Below, piece after piece: positions 20,122 through 29,535 of a stretch of 64,000 nucleotides of DNA. Within the stretch, counting starts at the first letter, position 1; each line of letters starts with the position of its first letter. Position numbers and translations under genes: made by a program. This stretch comes from a bacterium (lineage in GTDB: Bacteria > UBA8248), in assembly GCA_965219955.1 (NCBI GenBank), contig OZ244799.1, positions 2,144,001 through 2,208,000 of the forward strand, written 5' to 3'. Below the pieces are notes generated by a model, which was given only the letters and a program-made list of their open reading frames with translations, ran no database searches and had not been told where the DNA came from.

Positions 20122-20158
20122 CGCAAAGTCAACCTTTTTTTCAAAAAAATCAAATACA

Positions 20159-20734
20159 TCAGCCCGCACGAGAGCCGTCGAGGCCCAGGTCCTCGGCCGC
20201 CCCCTGCATGGCCTCCAGCGTGAAGGCGACGTGCTCCTCCAGGGGCACCCCGAGCTCGGAGGCTCCAAGCTCCACGTCCGCCCGGTTCACGCCCTTGGCG
20301 AAATTCCTGTCCTTCCACTTTTTCCGTATGCTTCGCGGCTTCACCTGCCGGATGTCCTTCGCCGGATTCACCAGGGCGACGGCGGTGATGAGGCCCACCA
20401 GCTCATCCACGGCGAAGAGCGCCTGGGCGAGGCGCGTCTCCCGGGGGACGTTCAGGTACTGCGCGTGTCCCAGAATGGCCTGAATCATCTCCTCGGGGTA
20501 GCCCGCCTCGCGCAGCACCGCGCAGCCGGTCTCGGGGTGTTCCTCGGGCGAGGGATGCTTTTCGTAATCCATGTCGTGCAGAAGCCCTGTAACGCCCCAA
20601 AGCGCCTCGTCCTCTCCGTATTTTTTCGCATAGGCGCAAAGGGCGGCCTCCACCGCCCGGGCGTGCGCTCTGAGACCCGGGCTTTTGGTCCACTCGAATA
20701 AAAGCGCCTCGGCGCTTGCGCGACTCAGGTCCAC
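20159..20734 (-). CDS. HD-domain (HDIG) phosphohydrolase
   Basis: H...GLLHDMDYE...H...AVDEL pattern; probable GTG start. Confidence 0.85.
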   Translation of the reverse strand: MDLSRASAEALLFEWTKSPGLRAHARAVEAALCAYAKKYGEDEALWGVTGLLHDMDYEKHPSPEEHPETGCAVLREAGYPEEMIQAILGHAQYLNVPRETRLAQALFAVDELVGLITAVALVNPAKDIRQVKPRSIRKKWKDRNFAKGVNRADVELGASELGVPLEEHVAFTLEAMQGAAEDLGLDGSRAG

Positions 20735-20932
20735 GCTCAACTTTTTCTCCTCAAAATAACGAGCCGGATGACAAATCAAACTTCAGTGGTGTCCTTCAAC
20801 CTTGCGCTTCGGCCCGCATCTGTCAAGGCGCGCAGCCTCGCTTGATGCGCTTGGGTTGTGATACATATTCCCCCCGAGATATTTTCCAACAAAATTCCGT
20901 GCAGCGAAAGAAATTTTTTCAGGGAGAAAAAC

Positions 20933-22165
20933 ATGCTCTACAACAGGGAACGCGCGCTGGAACTGATGCGGGAACACGACGTGGCGGCCATGATCGGCAC
21001 GACGCTCGAGAACGTCACCTACCTGACGGGCCACATCGGCTGGGCGCAGCGGGTCTACCGCGCGCGCAAAAGCTACGGCGTCATCACCAGCGACCCGGCC
21101 GCCGGCACCGACCTCATCATGAACCGCGCGGACAACACCTACTACGCCGCCTACGGCGGACACGCGGAGAACGTCTACGTCTGGGGCGGGCAGGCGAACC
21201 ACATCGAACCGGAGGGCTACGAGCCGCATGACGACGAGATGAGGCGCTACCGCGAACTCCACGCCAGCGGAGCCAGGCACGCCACCCTCCTGGACGGCCT
21301 CCTCGCCGCGCTTAAGGACCGGGGCATCACCTCCGGCAGAATCGCCCTGGACGAGGAGGGCTGCCCGGACAGCCTGTTCGAGACTCTGAAAGAAAAACTC
21401 CCCGATTGTGAATTCATCCCCGGCTCGGGCCTGTTTCTGATGACGCGGCTCGTCAAGACGGCGGACGAGCTCGACCGCCTGCGCGAGGCGGCCCAGGTGA
21501 ACGAAGACGCCATCGGAAAAGTCTTTGACTTCCTGCACGAAGGCGTGAGCGAGCGCGAGGTGGCCGAGGTCTGGCGCCAGGAGGTGGCCCGGCCCGGCGG
21601 CATGTGGCACTGGTTCCACTTCAACTCGGGCCCGAGGGGCGTCTTCATCTTCCCGCCCACGGACAGAAAGCTCGAAAAGGGCGACGGCTTCATGTTCGAC
21701 GCGGGGCTTTTTCACAAGAACTACAACGCCGACACGGGAAGCTGCGGCTCCATCGGCGAGCCGAGCGCGCGCGTGCAGCGCGAGTGGAAGGGAATCGACG
21801 AGGGGTTCCACGAGTGCCTGGAGGTCATCAAGGCGGGCTGCACGGGCAACCAGATATACCAGGCGCTCGTGAAGGGGATACAGTCGCGGTTTCCTGAGTT
21901 CGACGCCCCGTTCGCCGGGCACACCATCGGCCTGGAAGCCAGGGAGTTCCCCTTCATCCTGGGGCCGGAATCCAAGCACAATCAGCCGTTCTATCCGACG
22001 ACTTCGGAGATTCCCCTGCCCGTCGATTCGGTGATCAACATCGAGGCGCCCATCGGCACGTTCGGCCTGGGCGGCTACCAGATCGAATACTCGGTCGTCG
22101 TGAAGGAAAACGGCTGGGAGATGCTCATCCCGCAGGACAGGAGCTTCCGCGTCATCGACAAGTGA
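20933..22165 (+). CDS. Xaa-Pro aminopeptidase / M24 family metallopeptidase
   Basis: Creatinase-like N-domain (ENVTYLTG); ligands D(FDAG), D(NADT), H(GHTIGL), E(NIEAP) and E(QIEY). Confidence 0.85.
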   Translation: MLYNRERALELMREHDVAAMIGTTLENVTYLTGHIGWAQRVYRARKSYGVITSDPAAGTDLIMNRADNTYYAAYGGHAENVYVWGGQANHIEPEGYEPHDDEMRRYRELHASGARHATLLDGLLAALKDRGITSGRIALDEEGCPDSLFETLKEKLPDCEFIPGSGLFLMTRLVKTADELDRLREAAQVNEDAIGKVFDFLHEGVSEREVAEVWRQEVARPGGMWHWFHFNSGPRGVFIFPPTDRKLEKGDGFMFDAGLFHKNYNADTGSCGSIGEPSARVQREWKGIDEGFHECLEVIKAGCTGNQIYQALVKGIQSRFPEFDAPFAGHTIGLEAREFPFILGPESKHNQPFYPTTSEIPLPVDSVINIEAPIGTFGLGGYQIEYSVVVKENGWEMLIPQDRSFRVIDK

Positions 22166-22194
22166 TTTAAGTGGTACAGGTTTCGTAGCCTATC

Positions 22195-22950
22195 GGGCGG
22201 ACACATGGGTCCCCGGACAGGCCACTGTTCCTGTCCGGCTACACCTTTCCGCGTATCGAAGTGAACCTGTAGGGGTTATTCAAAAACCTCTCTCCGCCTC
22301 ATCCTGAGTAGCGGCGAAGCCGCGTATCGAAGGATGCCCTCTCGCCCGGCGCGAGGCGTTCGACTCCCCGCGCCCTTCGATACGCCGCCTTCGGCGGCTA
22401 CTCAGGGTGAGGAAATAGGCGTTGGCGGTTTGCGGGGGTCACAAGCGGGACTTTTTCAACGGCCCCGGTAGGGGCGGTTCGCGAACCGCCCCTACGATCG
22501 AGGTCAGAATTGCCGGAATGACGACCACAGGCATAACCGCCCGTTTTGGAACAACGTAATTCATTCCTGAATGACTGGGTGTTGTGTAAGGACAGGCCCC
22601 CATGCCTGTCCTGAATGTATCCATCCTGAAAAGGACAACCACGGGGGGTTATCCCTACCCTACTCAAGAAGTTGTGTAGGGTCAGACATATATGTCTGAC
22701 ATATCATGCGGCCCTGCCTTTTCGCCTTCACAACGCGGGTCGCATGATATGTGTGGGGCAGCCCCAAGGAGGGGCTGCCACCTACACCCCTTTACTTCCG
22801 TGGTTGAGTGATCACGAAATGAGAAGGGGAGCAGACAAAGAACGATTAACGGCCTTTTGTAGGGACAGGTCGCGACCTGTCCCTACGGAACCCCCTCCCC
22901 TGTTGGATCCACTCGCCACATCACGGAACCAGGATTTTTTCTACAACTCC
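22195..22950. repeat. Intergenic repeat cluster including a MITE-like element (22272-22466) and several GTAG-REP palindromes
   Basis: CCTCATCCTGAGTA doublet 22297-22412 (reverse complement of 15450-15566); gtaggggcggttcgcgaaccgcccctac at 22468-22495; gtagggacaggtcgcgacctgtccctac at 22859-22886. Confidence 0.8.
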
Positions 22951-23040
22951 GATAAGCCAACTATTCCTGCTCGTTGACCCAAAGAGAAAAATAAGGTGAG
23001 ATAGGCAAGTCGCCACAATTCTCTATTCTGGAGAACGCCG

Positions 23041-24267
23041 ATGCCCCATCATACCGACTTCATTCCGAGACGCGATTTTATCCGCAAAAGCGCCTTCGCC
23101 GGCCTGGGCGCGGGACTCCTGCCCTTCGCGCGCGCCGCGGAATCAGCGCAGAACCGGGTGCGCCGCTACGTCCCCCTGGGCAAGACGGACATCAAAATGT
23201 CGGACATCTCGTTCGGCAGCAGCCGGCTCGGCTCCGATGAAGAGGACCTCGTCCTCCACGCCCTCGACTTAGGCGTCAACTATTTCGACACCGCCGAGAG
23301 CTACTCCTGGGGGGAATCGGAGACCACGATAGGCCGCGCGCTCAAGGGCAAGCGCGACAAGGTCTACATCGCCTCCAAAACGCACGCGGGACCGAGCGAC
23401 AAAAAAGAGTCGATGATGCGTTCTTTAGAGCAGAGCCTCCAGAAACTCCAGACCGACTACGTGGACGTCTACTTCAACCACGCGGTGAACGACGTGGAAA
23501 GGATGAGCAACCCCGAGTGGAGCGAGTTCGTCGCGCTCGCGAAAAAACAGGGGAAAATCCGCTACTCCGGCATGTCGGGTCATGCGGGCAACCTGATCCA
23601 GTGCCTCGATTACTGCACCGAGAACAGCGTCGTGGACGTGTATCTCATCGCCTACAACTTCGGGCAGGACCCGGCGTTTTACCAGCGCTTCACGCGCGGG
23701 TTCGACTTCATCGCCAGATTCCCGAAGCTGCCCCTGGCGCTTGCGCGGGCGAAGGCCAAGGGCATCGGCGTCATCGCCATGAAGACGCTCATGGGCGCGC
23801 GGCTGAACGACATGCGGCCATATGAAAAAGGAGGCGCCACGTTCTCCCAAGCCGCCTTCCGCTGGGTGCTCTCGAACCCGAACGTGGACTCCCTCATCAT
23901 CTCTATGACGAGCCAGGACAACATCACCGAGTTCGTGGGCGCTTCGGGCTGGAAGAAGATATCGCGCCGCGAGGTGCCGATTCTCAAGAAATACGCGCGG
24001 CTGAACGGAACCTCCTACTGCCGCCATGCGTGCAACGACTGCGCGGGTGCGTGCCCGGAGAACGTACCCATCGCGGACGTGCTTCGCACCCGCATGTACG
24101 CGACGGATTACGAGGACGTGCGATTCGCCAAGGCCGAGTACTCGATGCTGGGCGCGGGCGCATCGGCGTGCCTCACCTGCAGCCACCAGAGCTGCGCGGG
24201 CGCGTGCACGCACGGGCTGCCCATCGAGAAGATGACCGCGCCGACCCACGAACTGCTCACGGTATAG
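23041..24267 (+). CDS. Aldo/keto reductase with Tat-like signal and C-terminal 4Fe-4S dicluster
   Basis: PRRDFIRK plus a hydrophobic stretch; FDTAESY, ASKT and FNHA; CRHACNDCAGACP ... CLTCSHQSCAGAC. Confidence 0.85.
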   Translation: MPHHTDFIPRRDFIRKSAFAGLGAGLLPFARAAESAQNRVRRYVPLGKTDIKMSDISFGSSRLGSDEEDLVLHALDLGVNYFDTAESYSWGESETTIGRALKGKRDKVYIASKTHAGPSDKKESMMRSLEQSLQKLQTDYVDVYFNHAVNDVERMSNPEWSEFVALAKKQGKIRYSGMSGHAGNLIQCLDYCTENSVVDVYLIAYNFGQDPAFYQRFTRGFDFIARFPKLPLALARAKAKGIGVIAMKTLMGARLNDMRPYEKGGATFSQAAFRWVLSNPNVDSLIISMTSQDNITEFVGASGWKKISRREVPILKKYARLNGTSYCRHACNDCAGACPENVPIADVLRTRMYATDYEDVRFAKAEYSMLGAGASACLTCSHQSCAGACTHGLPIEKMTAPTHELLTV

Positions 24268-24316
24268 GCCGGAGACCTCAGTCGGATCGCGTTAGACGAC
24301 CAAGACCCCTCTGCGC

Positions 24317-25255
24317 ATGGCTGCCTTATCAGTTCACGGGAGACGCCCCATCGACATCGCCATCACGGGCGCGAACGGCGCCGTCGGCAAAGCGCTCATC
24401 GAACGCCTGGGCGGGAATCCGGTCAACGGATCTCCCCGCCTGCGCGCGCTCGTCCGCGACCTGGGCCGGAGCGCGAACCTGCGCGGTCTCCCCGCCGAAC
24501 TGGTGGAAGTGGACTACGACGACGCGGAAAGCCTCTCTCGCGCCGTGGAGGGCGCGGACTGCGTGGCGCATCTGGCGGGTTCGCTGGTCCCGAGAGCGGG
24601 CGATTCCCTGCTCGGGGCGAACCTGCTCACCACGAAGAACGTCGCCGAGGCGAGCCGCGCGCAAGGGGTGAAGTCCTTCGTTTATTTGAGTTTTCCGGGC
24701 GCGGACGCACGCTCTGAAAACGAATACCTGCGGACGAAAGGCCGGGCCGAGGATGTGATCGATGAGAATTTCGCCTCGGGCGCGATATTCCGCGTGCCGA
24801 TGATCCTGGGGGCCGACACCCCCGCGATGAACCAGATAAAACGCCTGCTCAATTCCTCGGTGGTCCCCCTCGTGGCGGGCGGGTCTGTGCGGATACAGCC
24901 GGTATACCTGGGCGACGTCATCGGCGCGATAGAATGGGCGATTCTTCATCCCGAAGCGCCGCTTGCGCGAATGAACCTCGTGGGGCCGGACACTCTCTTC
25001 TACCGTGATCTGCTCATGCGCGCAGGTCTTAGGCTCGGGAAACAGCCGAGAATCCTGACGATCCCGAGGGGACTGGGCAGGGCCGCGTCGAGCATCATCG
25101 GCAGGCTCTCCCCCTCCTCCCCCATGAGCCGGACGGTATTCGATATTATATTCTACGAGCATCTGTGCAGCGATGAGGAAGCCGGAAGCGCCGCGCCCAT
25201 CGCCCGTACCGGCATAGATGAGATTCTGAACCTCTCGCTGCCGCACCAGGAATAG
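24317..25255 (+). CDS. NAD(P)-binding epimerase/dehydratase (NDUFA9-like atypical SDR)
   Basis: ITGANGAVG, YLRTK and IQPVYLGDV. Confidence 0.8.
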   Translation: MAALSVHGRRPIDIAITGANGAVGKALIERLGGNPVNGSPRLRALVRDLGRSANLRGLPAELVEVDYDDAESLSRAVEGADCVAHLAGSLVPRAGDSLLGANLLTTKNVAEASRAQGVKSFVYLSFPGADARSENEYLRTKGRAEDVIDENFASGAIFRVPMILGADTPAMNQIKRLLNSSVVPLVAGGSVRIQPVYLGDVIGAIEWAILHPEAPLARMNLVGPDTLFYRDLLMRAGLRLGKQPRILTIPRGLGRAASSIIGRLSPSSPMSRTVFDIIFYEHLCSDEEAGSAAPIARTGIDEILNLSLPHQE

Positions 25256-25281
25256 CCGCTTCGTCTTCAAGGAGTTTCGTT

Positions 25282-26223
25282 TTGGAGCAAAACCAGGATA
25301 CGCATCAATCGAGCAAAGCCGGTCGACTCATCCCCATCGCCCTCACGGTCGTGATCTTCGCCGTCATCTTCTGGCGGATTCCGTTCGGCGAGTTCGTCCT
25401 CGCCGTATCGAAGGCGAGGCTGGCACCCTTTCTCGTGCTGATGGGGTGCTTTTCGATCTGCTTTTTCCTGATGGACACCTTCGTCCTGAGCCGGATGATC
25501 CGCTGGTTCCACGGCCCCCTGACGTTCCCGACGCTGCTGCCCGTGCGCGCCGTCACCTACGTCGTCTCCATCATCAACACGCAACTCGCCCAGGTGGCGC
25601 TGGCGCTCTATTTTCACCGCAGGTTCCAGACCCCGCTCGCCGAGATCACGAGCACGGTCGCCATGCTCATCCTGCTCGAAGTCACGAACCTGATCTCCTT
25701 CGCCACGGTCGGCCTCATCGCCTTCCCGGGCGGCGCGCCGCTCTTTCTGTTCGCCCTGCCCGCCGGGCTGGCCTGCTTCTGGCTGCTCATCACCCGGGTG
25801 GCGCGGGGGGGACTGGGCGTGGTCGGCGCGAAAATCGGCGGCCACACCCTCCTCAACACCTTCCGGGCCGTTAAATTCAAACAGGGCGTCACCGTCCTCG
25901 CGCTCAAGGGCTCCGTATTCCTGCTCTCCCTGTTCGTCCACAAATACGCCCTGACGCTCTTCGGGATGGACATACCGCTGCTGCAGCTTCTCACGTTCCT
26001 CCCGCTCGTCTTCATGATCGGGGCGCTCCCGGTGACGGTCGCGCACCTGGGCACTTCGCAGGCCGCATGGATATTCTTCTTCAGCGACTACGCGGCGGAA
26101 GCGGATCTCCTCGCCTACAGCCTCGTCTCCCACCTCACCTTCATGCTGGCGAACGGGACCATCGGCTTGCTGTTCATGCCGAAGGCGTATTCGGACCTGT
26201 TCGGGAAGAAGCGCGCCGCCTGA
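25282..26223 (+). CDS. Lysylphosphatidylglycerol synthase TM-domain / flippase-like membrane protein
   Basis: About 8 TM helices; LPVTVAHLGTSQAAW resembles the family P-G-G motif; AAGGAG RBS before TTG. Confidence 0.7.
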   Translation: MEQNQDTHQSSKAGRLIPIALTVVIFAVIFWRIPFGEFVLAVSKARLAPFLVLMGCFSICFFLMDTFVLSRMIRWFHGPLTFPTLLPVRAVTYVVSIINTQLAQVALALYFHRRFQTPLAEITSTVAMLILLEVTNLISFATVGLIAFPGGAPLFLFALPAGLACFWLLITRVARGGLGVVGAKIGGHTLLNTFRAVKFKQGVTVLALKGSVFLLSLFVHKYALTLFGMDIPLLQLLTFLPLVFMIGALPVTVAHLGTSQAAWIFFFSDYAAEADLLAYSLVSHLTFMLANGTIGLLFMPKAYSDLFGKKRAA

Positions 26224-26224
26224 A

Positions 26225-26682
26225 GGGGGGTTGTTGGGAAAGCCGATTTCGGGAGCGAGCGCACAAGCACCCCAACCTCCTCATCCTGAGTAGGCGCTTC
26301 AGCGCCGTATCGAAGGAGGGGAAAGAACATCCCTCGGCGGATGCGGGGTCTCGCCCTTCGATACGCGGCTTCGCCGCTACTCAGGGTGAGGTCGATATGG
26401 TAGTTGCGGGTTTCGGCCTTTAACAGCATTGTCAACCGACGAGAGAGGAAACACCACTCCCCCTTTGAGGGCCATTTGCAACCGATTAGAGGAAGAATCA
26501 CTCCCCCCTTGAGGGGGAGTCGATGAGCTAAGGGCGCAAGCCCGCAAGCGAATCGGTGGGGGGACATGCCACAGAAAAAGCTCCCCCCACCGAATCGGCC
26601 TTCGCAAAAAACGCTCGGCCTCTTCGACTCCCCCTCAAGGGGGGAGTGATTCCTCTCTCCTCGGACTTTTTCAACAGCCCCC
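26225..26682. mobile_element. Composite MITE-like cassette filling the gap between two convergent stop codons
   Basis: Ends ggggggttgttgggaaag and ctttttcaacagccccc; modules at 26279-26391 and 26496-26651. Confidence 0.8.
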
Positions 26683-27261
26683 CTAAAGGCTTCTTTGAGG
26701 CGAGCGCGCGTTCCGGATGAGCAGGTACAGGGCGTAGAGAAATACCAGGCGGCCGAGCCAGGGCAGGACGGGCGCAAGCCATTCCCACGATAAACCCGCC
26801 TCGCAGACGATGACGCCCACCAGGGCGTAGAACAAGACCCCCGCCCATTTTCCCGCCGCATCCTCGGGCAGGGACTCATCCGTACTCCCGGCCCCACTCC
26901 GGCAGCGCCACAGGAACTGCGCACCCAGCGCCAGGACGCCCAGGGCGGCCCAGGGGCCGACGCGCCCCGCCCAGGCGGCGGCTGAGAGCGCCGCCGCGTT
27001 GAAGGCGACGTCCGAGATGGCGTCCACCTGCCCCCAGAAATAACTCCTGGCATTTGCGCGCCTCGCCAGCGGGCCGTCCACCAGGTCGCTCAGGACCGCG
27101 TAGACGTAGACGGCGACGAGCAAGACCCGCCACCCCGGGTCGGGCGTGGAACCGATGCGCAGCAACGCCCAGACGAAGGGGGGAATCGCCAGAATCCGCG
27201 CGAGCGTGAGGCCCCTCGCCAGATACGCGAGCTTGTGGTTGATCGATCCCTCCCCACCCAC
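26683..27261 (-). CDS. CDP-alcohol phosphatidyltransferase family protein
   Basis: LTLARI ... DLVDGPLARR...GQVDAISD (DxxDGxxAR...G...DxxxD); GGAGGA RBS before GTG at 27261. Confidence 0.85.
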   Translation of the reverse strand: MGGEGSINHKLAYLARGLTLARILAIPPFVWALLRIGSTPDPGWRVLLVAVYVYAVLSDLVDGPLARRANARSYFWGQVDAISDVAFNAAALSAAAWAGRVGPWAALGVLALGAQFLWRCRSGAGSTDESLPEDAAGKWAGVLFYALVGVIVCEAGLSWEWLAPVLPWLGRLVFLYALYLLIRNARSPQRSL

Positions 27262-27379
27262 CTGTCTTCCTCCCCGGCGGCCAAGCGCGCCGAAAACGTG
27301 AAAAATTCCGATCACTCTGCCTCAATCGGAGCCGCGGAAAAAGCCTCCTCGCCGGGGCGTCGCCTTTGTCCTCTGATGA

Positions 27380-27844
27380 GGGGTTGTTGAAAAAGCCTGT
27401 TTCGGGATCGGCGGCAAGGAGGTTCACGCGGCGCAGACGTGATGGTTTTGTAGCAGGACAACCCAAAAGGGTTGTCCTGGCCTCCGTGCCTGTCCTGCTC
27501 TTCATGGTTCTCCTTCGTCAGGACAGGCACGGAGGCCTGTCCCTACAGCGAACAATCTCGAAGGTCGGACAGGGCTTTTTCAACAAGCCCCTCAAGGGGG
27601 AGTGATTCCCAAGTGACAAGGATTCCGTAGGGGCGGTCCCCTCCGGCCGCCCGCATCGGGCACGCGATCCCCGTGGTTGCGCTTTATGAGGACAGGCACG
27701 GGGGCCTGTCCCTACGGGACATCCTTCGCCGTCATGCCGGCGAGTCCTCCCGCCTTGGTCGGCGCAGAACCGCCCTCCATCGAGATTCACCTCGACGAAT
27801 CATTGAAACGCCACCTGTAGGGACAGGTCGCGACCTGTCCCTAC
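27380..27844. mobile_element. MITE-like element (27380-27591) plus adjacent REP doublet and 28-bp palindrome (27817-27844)
   Basis: Ends ggggttgttgaaaaag and ctttttcaacaagcccc; the right end abuts cccctcaagggggagtga. Confidence 0.8.
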
Positions 27845-27996
27845 CACGGAATACGGCAAACCCGACAGGAGGAGGCTTATTACCCCCCAAGGCCTTTTCC
27901 TCCATCCTCAATTGACACGCCCGCCGCAAAGTTCTAGCTTTGGACTACCAAAACCACGTTATGAGAAACGCGCATCATCTCAAGTGAGGAATCTTC

Positions 27997-29517
27997 ATGC
28001 CCAAGTACGCTATGGCGATCGACCTGGAATCCTGCATCGGATGCCACGCCTGCACGATCGCCTGTAAATCCGAACACGACATTCCCATCGGCGTCTGGCG
28101 ATGCTGGGTGAAGGAAGTCGAAAAAGGCAGCTTCCCGAGCACGAGGCGGGAATTCCTGCCCGTCCTGTGCAACCAGTGCGACGACGCGCCGTGCCAGAAC
28201 ATCTGCCCGACGAAGGCGCTCTTCCGGCGCAAGGACGGCATCGTGGACCTGGACCCGGACTGGTGCATCGGGTGCAAGTCCTGCATCGCGGCGTGTCCCT
28301 ACGATCAGCTCTTCATCGATCCCAACACGATGACGGCGGAGAAATGCAACTTCTGCGCGAACCGCCTGGAAGCGAACTTGGAGCCCGCCTGCGTGGTGGT
28401 CTGCCCCACGCAGTGCCGCGTGTTCGGCGACGTGGAGGACGCGGATTCGAAGATATCGAAACTCACCACGCAGCGCCCCTACCACGTGAGAAAGCCCGAG
28501 TACAACACGGCGCCCAACATCTACTATCTCGAGGGCAGCCGCCAGCTCCTGGACCCCACCGAGGCGGGACAGTCGGGCATCTACAAGCAGGGCGAGATGG
28601 ACATGGAGCGGGAAGACGTCGTGCCCGAGTGGGAGAACAAGCCCGGCGAGAGCCGCACCGTCTACGACACCTTCCACGAGGTTCCCTGGGAAACGAAGAT
28701 CATCACTTATCTCTTGACCAAGGGCGCGAGCACGGGCCTTCTGGTCATCAGCCTGTTTCTGTGGATGTTCGGCTTCAAAAGCTCGCTGTTCTCATTCTGG
28801 ATGCCCGCGCTGAGCGGGATTCTCCTGGCCGCCACAGGGTTCGTGCTCATCACCGACCTCAAGCGGCCCGAGCGGTTCTACTACATCATGCTGCGCTCGA
28901 ACTGGGGAAGCTGGATGGCGTGGGGCACGTGGTTCATCGCGCTGGACGGCGTATTCACCCTCCTCTGGGTGCTCGGCGCCATGTTCGGCGCGGAAGGCTT
29001 CATGAACCTCATCCTGTGGCCCACCATCGTCATGGGCGCCCTCGCCTCGATATACACGGGCTTTTTCTTCGCTCAGGCCTCGGCGCGCGATTTGTGGAAA
29101 GGAAGCGAGAACACCCTCGACATCGGCGTGCAATCGGGTATCAAGGGCGCGGCGGTCCTGCTGCTCTTCGCCACGCTGTTCCCGATAGCGGATCAGGCGT
29201 CTGCCCTGAACGTCCTGGGCGGGCTGCTCGCCGTTCTCGTCCTCCTGCACCTGAGCATCCTGGTGTTCTCGATCCTCGTGCACCGCTTCGGCTCCGTGGC
29301 GCATGAGCGGGCGATCCACCTGCTGACGAAAGGCCCGTTCAAGAACGATTTCTGGGGTGGGGCCGTCATCGTGGGATGCGTACTGCCCCTGCTTCTTCTC
29401 TGGGCGGGTGGTTTCGGCGGTTTCGGCGCGGTGCTGGCCGGCATCATGGCCATGGCGGGCGCGTATCTTTGGGACAAAATCTGGGTGAAGGCCGGACAGG
29501 CCGTTCCCCTTTCGTAA
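27997..29517 (+). CDS. Fused 4x[4Fe-4S] electron-transfer subunit (NrfC/PsrB/DmsB-like) and NrfD/PsrC membrane anchor
   Basis: CIGCHACTIAC, CNQCDDAPCQNICP, CIGCKSCIAACP and CNFC...PACVVVCP; then DLKRPERF, SWMAWG and about 8 TM helices. Confidence 0.9.
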   Translation: MPKYAMAIDLESCIGCHACTIACKSEHDIPIGVWRCWVKEVEKGSFPSTRREFLPVLCNQCDDAPCQNICPTKALFRRKDGIVDLDPDWCIGCKSCIAACPYDQLFIDPNTMTAEKCNFCANRLEANLEPACVVVCPTQCRVFGDVEDADSKISKLTTQRPYHVRKPEYNTAPNIYYLEGSRQLLDPTEAGQSGIYKQGEMDMEREDVVPEWENKPGESRTVYDTFHEVPWETKIITYLLTKGASTGLLVISLFLWMFGFKSSLFSFWMPALSGILLAATGFVLITDLKRPERFYYIMLRSNWGSWMAWGTWFIALDGVFTLLWVLGAMFGAEGFMNLILWPTIVMGALASIYTGFFFAQASARDLWKGSENTLDIGVQSGIKGAAVLLLFATLFPIADQASALNVLGGLLAVLVLLHLSILVFSILVHRFGSVAHERAIHLLTKGPFKNDFWGGAVIVGCVLPLLLLWAGGFGGFGAVLAGIMAMAGAYLWDKIWVKAGQAVPLS

Positions 29518-29535
29518 TCCGGGAGTTTCAAGAAC

